DNA from: Lepidodermella squamata | Lineage: Eukaryota; Animalia; Gastrotricha | DNA length: 64,000 nucleotides | NCBI GenBank assembly: GCA_047495785.1 | Contig: JBLDXI010000003.1 | Span: forward strand, 124,001-188,000 | Reading direction: 5' to 3' | Shown: positions 36,053 to 47,800 of the stretch, piece after piece | Layout of the letters: every line of letters starts with the position of its first letter | Position numbering within the stretch: the stretch's first letter is position 1 | Notes under the pieces: generated by a model | The model's input: the letters and a program-made list of their open reading frames with translations, nothing else | Told to the model about the DNA's origin: nothing | Databases searched by the model: none | Position numbers and translations under genes: made by a program

Positions 36053-37880
36053 TTGCTGTTTCGCTTGTAGTATAACCACAAATTCTCTGACACGTTTTGC
36101 TTTTTAAATGCAAAGCTACTAGATAAAAGTGATGACAAAATCGCCTATCCTTTGCTTGATGTTATCTTTATCTGCCTTTATTTGCTGGTGATAATAATTT
36201 TATTGTTCTTCTTGTGGGCCGCTAATAATTCCCTATCGATAAAGCTATTCACGCGAGCTAATTCACACGTTATGTCTTTTTACGACCGCGTGTAAGAGAT
36301 AACTGTTCATTTTTCATTGCGTACACAAATGAATGTAGGTAGATGCATGGAATCTAAGTATGACCGAGTAAATGAATCATCCGTCTTTGCTGGCTATATT
36401 CTCGCATTTGTTAATACACTTATACTTGAGAAAATTCATAAACGATTGCGGAGACAGAGCGTAATTCGCGTAATTACAACGATTTTTATGTTGGAAGCGG
36501 AGTAGCTAAGTGGGCGGTGCAGTGAGCTCATTCAAGTGAGTTCATTTAAGACGATAAGGATTACGCAATCGATGCTCTGTCAAGAGTTAGATCTCCCCTG
36601 AACGATTGACCCAATTGTAAGACGCAATCATATCCTACTTCAGAGTTGAAATAAATAAGTCCTCGTCCACACAGAGGTCATCGTTTTTTATTTTCCCGCC
36701 TATGTATCACGATGTAAAAGTTTTTTATTCAAGGCCAATCTAAGTACTAAACAAATGTTGATTATGGAAACTTGATATTGAGTCGATAGTCGGTAGTTCC
36801 AACTTATCATGTATCATTCGCAAAACAAAGAATTCCCACGCTGTCTTGAACTGGGGCTTGTCACATAGCCTGGTTTCCCCGAGTGCAACTGATTCATTTA
36901 CACCTAAACTTCAGACGAGTAGTTCATTGAGTAGATGTAAAGATGTACCGGCTATTTTGCGGCGACTATTCGGGCGCGTTCTTTATTCAGGATGCGGCCT
37001 TTATACAGTATTTTACGGTAATTAAAACGCTTGGAAAGCTCATAATATTGTCATTTTGAATGAAAAATGTCATATTTTTACCCATATGGTGAAGCCAGAT
37101 GTTTTCAAAAAAATCCTCTTTCAAATCTGCTAGGGGGTACTCGGCACCCCTTCCACTTTTTGGGTCTTCTACAAGGGGGTACGTGCCACCCCGATTAACG
37201 ATTAACACGAGTACTACGCTACGTCCTTGTTGCGTCCGTGCGAGGAGAGATAATTGCATACTCTTCCATTGAGTAAACAAATTAAGGGAGATGCGAGAAA
37301 TCTAGGTTAGTGTAGCTAAGCAAATGAATCTTCTTTTTGCGGCTAATTTTCGCAGGTATACAGCTGCTATTCTCATGGTTATATTCTTCGAACATTTATA
37401 AACTGATAGGAATTCGACAAAGTCGTGCCCAAGTTTTTTTCATTTTGACTAATTCACCAAAACACGGCTTCGTGATGTTATTTTCAGTTATTGGAAAGAT
37501 GCCAGTATTACCAGCGTAACTGTCATCGCACCCGACTCGTTCAAGATCACGCCTTGATCCCAATATACAGCACGCGATTTAGCAACATTGATTCATCATT
37601 TTATTTTTTTCGATAAATTTACAACAGCTGAACAGGATGAACAGCCTCAGTAAAACCCATCGTATGAAATCCGTCGTGCCTTCACTGAGAAATTAGCATT
37701 TTGGCGAATTACAGATAATCATTTCCGATCAACAGCTAAACAAAGATGAGACCACCCGCAAGAAAAGGGAAGAAAACGTCTTGTTTGATGTTTCGGATTA
37801 CCCGAGCGAACCTCGTCGCATTGTGCAATTTTCTTCCCTTCTCTAACGTGTACAGGCGACGTGTACGTGAAAAAAGTCGA

Positions 37881-39575
37881 TCATTTGGCAGACATCCCTG
37901 CACCCAAGGCAGTTGCGAAGCCAGTGGCGACATTCGACGCGTGATCAGCCCCGCCGCCAGCGAAGTAAATCGTCTTCTCCGGCAGGTTCTTGTTCTTCTC
38001 CACGTCGATCTCAGCCAGCAAGATCGCACTAGTGTGCGGTCCACGAATGGCATCATACGCCGCGGCAACCGTCCCAATCTCCCGACCCTTCGCCTCAGCC
38101 AACAACTCGATCTCTTGTTTCTTGGCCTGGGCCAACTTGACGACATTCTCACTTTCCTGGGCAGCTCGAAGGGAAGACGCTTCGATTTCAGCCCTAGCCA
38201 TTTGCATTGCCTCGTAGTATTTTGCATCGGCCTGTCTCGATTGCGAGTAGTACTCGGCATCGGCCACAGTTTTCTTCGTCATCGCATCGACCTCAGCTAC
38301 CTTCAGCACACCCTTTTGCGTCTCAATCGCGATGTGGTTCTCCAGCTCAACTTGCGTAGCCTTGATTTGGTTTTTCAGAACACTCTCAGCCTGCCGCTCA
38401 AGATCTTGGCCGAGAGAGCCCTCCAAAGACCGGTCAAGGACAGTGAATGATTCAAGGACGATGCCGTACTGAATCGCCTGTTCGCCGAGGTCTCGCATAC
38501 ACTCCATCTTGAACGCCTCAAGCCATGGCAGGTGGTCGTTATCTGGGATATCGCCTTGCAACTTCTTCGCCCTCATAAACTGCTGATAGCTCATCCGTGA
38601 GACAACAGCATTCACCGCGCTCTGAGCCGGGTTTTGAAGAGCGGTAAACGCGTCGTTGTAATGCTTCGCCAACAGCAACGGCTTTTCGAGACGATACCTC
38701 AAATTCACGTGAAGAATGACTGGGACGCCCTCAATCGTGTAAGCTGGGTTGGTTTTGAAGGTCGTCTGTCGTTCGGCCAGTGAAAAGAACCCGCGGAAGG
38801 TCGTTTTCGTATTCGTTACAACATGCTGCCCAGCCGTTAGTTCGATCAATTGATCAACGCGTTGCAGAATCAAAACATGATTAGCTGGGACGTTGTAGAA
38901 GGTCGCAACGTTAGCTTGCGTCTTCTTGTTATCGCTCGTCATGATAGTAGTCCAGATTTCTCGTTTCCACCCGATGATGTGCTTCGAGGGAAGCTCGCGA
39001 ACTGCGTACTCATCGCCTAGGTTCAGCGTGTCGACAATATCGACGATTCTGAACCGGCCCTCGGAGCCGTAGGCTGCGAATCCTCCGTTGCGAACGCAGA
39101 AAATTTGGTTGTTTGGCGCCATAACGACTAGGCATTCGCCCTGGCCTACCTGGGCGAAGGTTAGGCCGTTGAACTCGCAGGGCTCAGTTAACAGCCGCTT
39201 CCCCTCCCAAGTATGGGTGATGCTCAAATTCCAATACCTGCCAGGCTTCACTGCGACAACCGGGCGGCCGTTGTAGGAGATCAACCCGATTTCTCCCGGC
39301 TCGAGAATGCGCCCGAGCACTGAGTGGAGCCGTTTGTGGGTGATAAGGTGGTGCTCGCCTTTTGCCACCATTTTTCGGTCGAGTGATTGAAGAGCTGCTA
39401 GCATGTTTCCTTCATTACCAATGTCGACGAAAAACGAGTGGTTGCGGATGAAATCCGGGACCGACCAGTCGTCCATGCCGTGGCTGTCACTGTTGAACGC
39501 TGTTGATGATTGCGATGCTGGCATATCGTTGAGCAACGGCTTCTTTGAGCTCGCTGAGCCGTAGGAAGCAGCCAT
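37881..39575 (-). CDS. Intronless SPFH/band-7 (stomatin/flotillin-superfamily) protein with repeated N-terminal beta modules and a coiled-coil tail, 564 aa
   Basis: Single 1695-nt ORF from ATG at 39575. SPFH core AYTIEGVPVILHVNLRYRL...A.SAVNAVVSRMSY...L......YGIVLESFTVLD, followed by an A/E-rich helical region (AEAKGREI). Confidence 0.8.
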   Translation of the reverse strand: MAASYGSASSKKPLLNDMPASQSSTAFNSDSHGMDDWSVPDFIRNHSFFVDIGNEGNMLAALQSLDRKMVAKGEHHLITHKRLHSVLGRILEPGEIGLISYNGRPVVAVKPGRYWNLSITHTWEGKRLLTEPCEFNGLTFAQVGQGECLVVMAPNNQIFCVRNGGFAAYGSEGRFRIVDIVDTLNLGDEYAVRELPSKHIIGWKREIWTTIMTSDNKKTQANVATFYNVPANHVLILQRVDQLIELTAGQHVVTNTKTTFRGFFSLAERQTTFKTNPAYTIEGVPVILHVNLRYRLEKPLLLAKHYNDAFTALQNPAQSAVNAVVSRMSYQQFMRAKKLQGDIPDNDHLPWLEAFKMECMRDLGEQAIQYGIVLESFTVLDRSLEGSLGQDLERQAESVLKNQIKATQVELENHIAIETQKGVLKVAEVDAMTKKTVADAEYYSQSRQADAKYYEAMQMARAEIEASSLRAAQESENVVKLAQAKKQEIELLAEAKGREIGTVAAAYDAIRGPHTSAILLAEIDVEKNKNLPEKTIYFAGGGADHASNVATGFATALGAGMSAK

Positions 39576-39846
39576 TTCCAAGCTTTTAGCCGTGAGTGAG
39601 CTCTGAGATCTCTGATAAGAGAAACTGAATGTCTATCAAAATGCAATAACTGAATTATTGTCGGATCTGGCGAAAAGGAAACGCAGGGCTCGGAGTGGGT
39701 TGTTTTGATCTGATAGAGAGTGAAATTCTTGTGAAGGAAATACAGATGTAGTCACAAACATCAGGCTATAGGGATATTTGATAGGAAATGGAATCAGTCA
39801 GGTGATTTCAATCAATAATGATGTCAACTATAAAAGCCGCACATTA

Positions 39847-40674
39847 CCGTAATCCGATGCGACTTTGAACAGGTACAACTTTGAACATTTCAAGCAAGTC
39901 AGCTGTTCTCTGAAACCATGGTGATTTACCGCTTCGGAATTTTACTGAATATAGGTATCGTTGAGATCTAACATTTTGCCAAGTTTCATCAACACAGCCC
40001 CCACAGTCTCTTCCTTAAAAATTCCCGAAAAAACAACGTTTTTGGTCTACTTTGAAGTGGTGTCCTGCGAAAACCGTAGCAGATATCCGTGCACAAGTAC
40101 CCAAAAAGGCACGCCCTTCTATACAGTGGATTTCGAATGGCATGAGCTCAAAGTTGCAAGGGTAGCCGGTACAACTTTGAACACGATAGAAATTCATTAT
40201 TTTAACTTTGAGGGGAATGTTTCAAGTTTTTTTTACGAAATTTCTGAACGCTGCTATGCTCCATAGAGAACGTGGTGATCAGAAAAAACACTTCCTATCT
40301 CGTAATGGCAACGATTTAGTTTCAAATACCGAGTAAAAAGTCCACCATAAACATTTTGAAAACTTATTATTTTTCAATTTTCACGCACAACGCAAATCAG
40401 TGGGGTGAAAATCGCAAATTTCACGCGAAATTCTCAGCGCACAAATAAATTTTCTATTTCACGAAATCTTTGTGTTCAAAGTTGTACTTTTGGGGTACCC
40501 CTTGCCAAATCCTTACGCTTGCGAATTTCCGAGAATAAAAAATATCAGGATGCTACGCAAGGCGGCCCCTATCGAACTACGTTGAAAACCAGACCAAAAT
40601 CGCATATGTTGAATTTACACAGCACATTGAAGTTTGCATGGACGTAGGGTTTTCAAAGTTGTACCGGATTACGG
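39847..40674. mobile_element. Non-autonomous Tc1/mariner-pogo-type element with TA TSD
   Basis: ta|ccgtaatccg ... cggattacgg|ta; subterminal repeats tacaactttgaa / ttcaaagttgta. Confidence 0.75.
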
Positions 40675-41535
40675 TATCTTTGAAGTTGAATTTGTTAGAC
40701 TAATTGAAAGCGGTCAAAGATAAAGGAAAAACTGATAAAGGCACCGTTGAGTAATGTAGCTTTGGCTAATTTCAGGGTCGTTCCGTTAAAAGTTTCGACC
40801 TTTTATAGGTTTCTTGAGCTGAATCATGTCCTGTGAATAACGCCTAATCAGTGATTCATTGAGAATTATAGCCTACTATAATGAAAAAATCGTGCAATGT
40901 AAAGTGTGATTTATTCTCATTGATAAAGCTATAGCAGATGCTTCCGTGTGGGAAAATCGATAAAACTACGCGGGCTACGCGAATGTTATAGTACATCCGA
41001 TATTTTGTATGCTTTTTATATGTGAGAGGCTGTATAGCCCCTGCCCATTAATAATAGCACTATGTAGCACTGCTCGAATATATACGTGGTAGGAATAGCA
41101 CTATATTGCCGCGTATGTCGGATCAATATTATATTATTTATTATAAGAATCAACTGCAGTGCTTATGCCGTGTTTTGGCGAGGGCAAACGATGCTGAGTC
41201 ATAAATAGTCCATTAGTAAATATTGTAATGGGAGATGGACCGTGGCCATTTCATTACTAAGCGTGCTCAATTTACCTATATCATCCGGAGAGCTTACGCA
41301 AAGCACATCCATGCTACAAGACATATAAGAAACAGCCCAAGCCCTAGTAAACCGCCGGATTCCTTTTCAGGTTAAAAATAATGTCTCCTGTGGGTTCAGG
41401 GAATTGCAGATGGCAAAATAAAATAAATGGGGGAAAACATAACATAATCGTGTTCCAGTGTCAAAGCGCCTCTGCAGAGGTGGAGTGAGATTGATGTCGA
41501 ATACAGCTTCCATTGCCCAGAGGTTTCCTAGCATA

Positions 41536-41920
41536 TCAATGAAACGGGCAATAGGAAATTGTGCGACGAAAAAGTGATGGAAGAAAGTTGATGGGAGTGA
41601 TAGAGTGAGTGACTTTAGCGTAGAGCAGGTTGTTATTACGGTTCCCAGAAAGATAAGTCATAACGACCTCATAGACAGTTTTAGCTACTACAAGCGCTGA
41701 CAACATGAGAACATAATGTGTACAGCAGCTGTTTCTTAGTCTAAGATGTGCGCTCAAAACATCAGATTGGGTCACGACTATCGCTAACTTCACAGTGGAT
41801 CAGAGAAAAGACCGATCGGCGACATGAGGCTTTCTTCATGAGGCAGGAACTTGGGGCGGGAATAATAAGGGGAAATGTTGTTGTAGGATGGTCCCGTTTG
41901 AGGACCGTTTTCCATTGGGA
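41536..41920 (-). pseudogene. Highly decayed relic of the Cys-loop channel family (M1-M3 region)
   Basis: Frameshifted fragments LKRD...LIIP, HVADR, AIVVTQSDVLS and YVLMLSALVVAKTVYEV match the paralog text KRDP...NLIIP / VADRP / ALVVAQSDVLS / YVLMLSAVVAAITIYEI. Confidence 0.7.
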
Positions 41921-42552
41921 TCCATCTTGAGAAACGTCAGTAAACCCTAGCCGTATTATGAAGAGACTATATAGTGCAAAGTGAACTAGGTTGATGTGGC
42001 ACCTGTAGATTTAAATTTTTCTGAAGCAGTAAGAAAGCTGGTTGCAAGAGGAAGCGAGTCATTTTCCCTCATCCCGGACAATTTTTTATTTGAAAAAACA
42101 GCGAGTTGAGAGCAGCTATTTTTGTGTTAGCATAATGTGACCAAATCCGTCAAACGCTATGCTTTTAGTCGCATAAAGCATAAAATAGCAAGCCCACGCG
42201 AAGAAAATTTCAACGTTTTGCTATCGCAAATCGCTTTAGGCATGCATGGTTGATTGTAGCGTTATAGTTCGCACCGAAAATTCGAACTTGCGATATGTAG
42301 CTATTGACCCAGTAAAGTATACTGGATACCATTTTGCAGCGAGCGGATGGCTTCTATTATTGTCAGTCTTCCAAACGCCGCGTTGTTGATGCATTGATTT
42401 CTGTGCGAACCCAGCTGGCAGGCGAACGATTTGAGTGGCTTCTTCGAGGCAAAGATTCGCTGTTTCCAGACTCGATCGAACCAAGGCGACGGATGATCTT
42501 GGGGATTCGTTCTAACATCTAGTTCAGCATTCGAAGTATGAAATATTAAGAT

Positions 42553-43815
42553 TCAGACTGCCATGCCCAGGTATAAATTGATAGCCAGCAGAGCTTCGAA
42601 AGCCACCATGAAGGCGAATGAGTCGACTATTCGAATGAAGGTAATTCTTCGCACATCAATACTCACAATTCGTGAAAATACCTTCTCATATTCAGGATTA
42701 GCAGCGAGATTGGTGAGAGCTATCACATAGACCGTGATAGCTGCTACAACAGCTGATAGCATTAGAACGTAATTTGTGTATAGCAGCTGTTTGGGGGTAT
42801 CGGAAACGCTTTTCAATACGTCAGACTGAGCCACAACCAACGCGAGCATGACAGTCGAACACAACCTTCGAAGTCAGGCTGCATGAGGAGAGAACCGAAA
42901 GCGAGACCGATCAGAAGGTAGCATGGTATCATCAAGTTGACGATAAAATAAGCCGGGTCGCGTTTGTAAGTTAGCGCTATCTTTCCATACGAGACAGGGG
43001 ACCTTGTTCGGGAGGGCGAGGGACATGTTCCGCGAGTCGTTTTAGAATAAACCAAACTCCACATGCCATCGGAAAGTGAATCGTATGACTTGACGTAGAC
43101 GCCTTCAATGGAGGCATAGCTAGCCGGCTCGTCCATTAGAAAAGTAAACTCGCAGGTCTGAGAGTCAAAAGGGAATTTCGATAGATCCAGTTTGCAAGCC
43201 GATGAGAAGGTTCCAACTCGGTCCCAGTGGAAAAACAAAGTTCGATTCGGCGTAGTTGGATAGTACATGATTTGAACTTTTTCACCGTAGGTTCCGTTGT
43301 TCAGATATACATCATTCGTTGAGTTGGGTAACGCGATTTTCGGCCTCCAGAATTCCACGTCATCCAGAGGTCTGATCCTTTCCGTTTGATCAGCAGCGGG
43401 GGCAGTGTACTCAGCCGAACAGGACAAAACCGGCCATTGAACGAACAAGGAGCCCCACAGGGATATTTCACTATCCGCTTGAGATTGAGACAAGTCTTTC
43501 CGCTGAAAAGGTTAGATACACGGTTGTATTCAGCTGAGGAGATCGACGTTTCGCTTTCAGAAACGGGCAAGGTGCGATATCTATGTACTCAACCAATGGT
43601 TCGTAATTTCCGTCTAGTAGATCAGGGATTGGAGCTTTGTTATCAGGAATGGTCAGAGACTCCGAGTTCGGCGTTGAAATAGTTTTGGAGGTATTTCTAG
43701 TCGATGCGAATCCAATCGATAGAGGCAGCGAGGTAACATTCGGTGATGGATCATACCCAGCGATAACTGCGGCAATAAAAGTTGTTTCAACGATAAAAAA
43801 AGTTGTCCGAAGCAT
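42553..43815 (-). pseudogene. Copy B: intronless Cys-loop channel lacking both N-terminal repeats, with two frameshifts
   Basis: The signal peptide and GYDPSPNVTSLPLSIGF run straight into a short stalk and the ligand-binding domain. A 2-nt deletion at ~43482 gives an immediate TAG. A 10-nt deletion at ~42865 removes DRPV. Otherwise very similar to copy C (both end YLGMAV). Confidence 0.85.
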
Positions 43816-44872
43816 TTCGTGTCAGATTGATATTGTGGATTGTTTTGCATCTCGCGCAGCTGCTTTCGAACATGAATAATTAAGTGTGATTAAGCTAGAG
43901 AATACTTCAAGTAGGCGACATGCATTTCGAACGTCAGTGGGGGTCTCATCGACTGCTATGATGCAGTGGAGGGTGTGGCGTTCTCAACACCCCAATGTTC
44001 GGCTGCGCTCATCCAACTCCATGAATTGAAAATAGAGCTGTGCTTCTTATATTTAGTTGAAAACGGCTGTAGTGGCGTGGCACTCAAAACTCAACGCTCA
44101 AACAACACTCAAAACCGAAATTTTATTCCGTCGATACATGGAACAAAAACATTGGGTAAAGTTAGCGGTCTAAGTTTGAAGTTTGAAATAGAAAAAAATG
44201 CGTGTCAGACATATTTTTTTTGAAAGCTCATACGCCCAATACAGAGCAGCTAACCAGCAGAGCTTCGAAGAATAAAATCCGGTACATTCAACTTAAGTGG
44301 GTAAATGTTATAGAATATAGTATATGTCGTATCGTATAAGGCAATTTCTTCCAATAGCCGATTGAGACATCTCTATGAGCAATCCGAATTGTTCCCAATG
44401 TCATTTTCAGTTATTTTAATCATTTAAATTTGGAAACCAAGCAAGATTACAGAATAGCCCTTCGCCTATCTAGCAGAGCCCACTTTCCCTAACAACTTGT
44501 ACCGCATCTGTGTGTTTTATGAGTTTCTAAAAAGCTAGCGCATTTTCACTGTAACTGTCTTCTGGCCTTCTGGGTCTATTTAAACTCTTTATTAATCAAT
44601 TAGAAGTCTAATCGATTGGGCTACTCGGGTTCTTTAATATGTGATAGATCATAATTCAATAACCTGAAAGTTGATGAAAACATCAGTCAAAAAGTAAATT
44701 TCCGATTGCTCATTGAGATATCTCTATCGGCCATTGGAGGGATTGCCTTATACGATACGACATATATATATTGCACGACTGAGCTTATCGAACTACTTGC
44801 TGATTGAACTCCATGTTCAGCTGGCGATTATTTTTCATGTTCATAGTTCGAAATTATTCATGCTGAATTATT

Positions 44873-47800
44873 TCAAACTGCCATGCCCAGGTATATATTA
44901 ATACCCAGCAAAGCTTCGAAAGCCACCATGCAGGCGAAGGTATCAACTAGCCGGATGAAAGAGATTCGACGCCCTGCTACGGTCACAAGTCTCGAAAAAA
45001 GCGAATCGTAGTCAGAGTTAGCAGCTAGATTCGTAATAACGATTTCGTAAATCGTAATAGCTGCCACGACAGATGATAGCATTATAACGTAATTTGTGTA
45101 TAGCAGCTGTTTCGAGTTCTGCGACACGCTGTTCAGAACATCGGACTGAGCTACAACCAGTGCCAACATGATCGTTGAGCACAACACCGGCCTATCGGCG
45201 ACATCAGGTTGCATGATGAGAGAACCGAAAGCGAGGACGATCAGAAGATAACATGGAATCATCAAGTTGACGATGAAAAAAGCCGGGTCGCGTTTGTAGG
45301 TCAGGGCGATCTTACCATAGGATACAGGAGCTCCTGTTCGGGAGGGCGATGCGCAAGTCCCTCGACTCGTCCTCGCGTTTATCAGAGTCCACATACCATT
45401 AGAAAGCGAATCGTAAGACTTGACGTAGATACCGCCAATGGCAACGTAGCTAGCCGGCTCGTCCATCAGAAAAGTGAACTCGCAAGTTTGAGAATCAAAG
45501 GGGAATTTCGATAGATCCATTTTGCATGCTGACGAGAAGGTTCCGACCCGGTCCCAGTGGAAAAACAAAGTTCGATTCGGCGTAGTTGGATAGTACATGA
45601 TTTGAACTTTTTCACCGTAGGTTCCGTTGCTCAGATAAACATCAGAAGTTGAGTTTGGCAGGGCAATTTTAGGCTTCCAACAGTCCATGCTACCAGCAGG
45701 AATGATCCGTTCTGTCATGTCAGCATTAGGAGCTGTATATTCAGCGGCACATGTGAAAACCGGCCATTGAACAAGCAGGGAACCCCAAAGAGATATCTTG
45801 CTCTCGGATTGATCGATCGAGATCAATCTATCTACTGAAAAGGTGAGATACAAGGTCGTGTTCAATTGAGGAGATCGGCGTTTCGGTTTCAGGAACGGGC
45901 ACGGTTCGAGATCCTCGTACTCGACCAATGGCTCGTAATTCCCATCTAGCGGATCAGGGATTGGAGTTTTGTCATCGTACGTCCGAGAGTTGAAACTAGA
46001 TAGATAGTTGGGCGGTGAAGTAGACAGAATAAGAGCTGCGGTGGCCGACTTGGATGAGACACTAGTACTCTTTGCTGGTAAGCTTGCCGCTGAGAAAGTC
46101 GAAGAGGCAAAATTTGTTGAGCCAGCGGTTGTGAAGGCTGCCAAATTAGATGACGTCGAGCTGCTCGCAACGGAAGTTGTTGACGTTGGCGCCAATGTCG
46201 GCGTATTATCTGAACTGAATTGCCACAGTAATCTGAAATAAATGCAAAAATACAAAGAGGTGCTAAATAATACACGGTCTATGATTAGTTGATTAGACCG
46301 CATTGATCGCACAACAGAGATGCAGAGACCTTTTCTCCAGCACCTCTCTACATTTCAGATTTGCCATAGGTTTTTTCTCTATTATAAGTCCAGGAATGGT
46401 ACAAAATGCTAACAAAGTTAAACAAGTGAGCCCAGTGCTTTGGATTTGATTTGATTTGATTTGATTTAGACCCAATTTTCACTGATTTAGATTTTAAATG
46501 ATTGATTTACGCATTCTGATTTGATTGATTTTGATTTAGCCTTGGTGATGCAATCAAAAAACTTGATACCGCGAAACCAAGACCACACTTCCTTTTTGAT
46601 GAAAATATGCTATGGAAAGGGATGGTTACTTCAAATTCGCGTTATTTTAACAATTTCTTGACATTTCGAAGCCCCCAACTCCCTAAAAATCCCGATGTTT
46701 CGCGATTTATTGTGATTTATGGTTGTCGATGATTTGATTTGATTTATTTATTGCTGGAAAATTGGGACAATGATTGATTTTGATTAATTGAAGGAGGTGG
46801 GACTACTCCAAAACAAATGACACCAAAATAATAGCAACCATAACAGCCAAACATTTTGGCTGTTTTGGTCTCTTTCGTTTTGTCTTGGCTGTTTTGGAGT
46901 AGTCCCAAGGAGGTCCGTGATTTAAGCCGTAAATCAAATCAAATCGAATCCAAAGCTCTGAGTGGGCCATGGTTTTTGACCCATTTCAGAGCGTCCCGAG
47001 CATTGGCTCTTCCGGAAAATTTTTAAAAAATCTAGACAAATTAATTTATCCATATTGAGAATTTTCTCTATCCAACGATATACAATTTTTGCAGTAATTA
47101 ATTAATCTTGACTTTCCGATATTTTTTGGCTTCAATATTAATATCATTATCACGCAACTTGGACTTTGGATTCTCGCGCCGCTTGGCTTTTTTCAGATTT
47201 GTTCGCAGCGAAAAATCTGTATTCTAGCCAAAAAAAATCGGAAAATCAAGATTAATTAATTACTGCACAAATTTTATATCGTTGGATAGAGAAAATTCTC
47301 AATATGGATAAATTAATTTTTCTAGATTTTTCAAAAATTTTCCGGAAGAGGCAACCGTGGCAGAAGAATGGCAAATTTGCCAAAAATCAGCAAAAGTAGC
47401 TGTTTTCACCAAATTCTATAAAATTAACACTGCGAGCTTACAAGATGTACCTGGGCTCATTCGATAGACCCTGAAATCTAGTATTTATCTACTGAAACTC
47501 AAAAAATTAGAAAAGGGAATATTTGGTAGGTCGATTTTTGAAATTAATTAAAATTATAATGGGTGGATAGGGCGTTGAGTGGTATAAAAAGTGGTCGCGT
47601 GCCGCAGTCTTTGCAATAACAGCTCCAATAAATTCACTATAGGAAGATCGTTTGCGTCCTATCTGTTACAGTGTTGTCTATGGTCCCGAGTATATTAGCA
47701 TGCCCATTAGCATGAAATTTGAGGAGGTATGCCATTATAAAACGATCTAAAGTACGTACGCTTTTCGAAAGGCAACATAATTTGGGGTTCCAAATGCATT

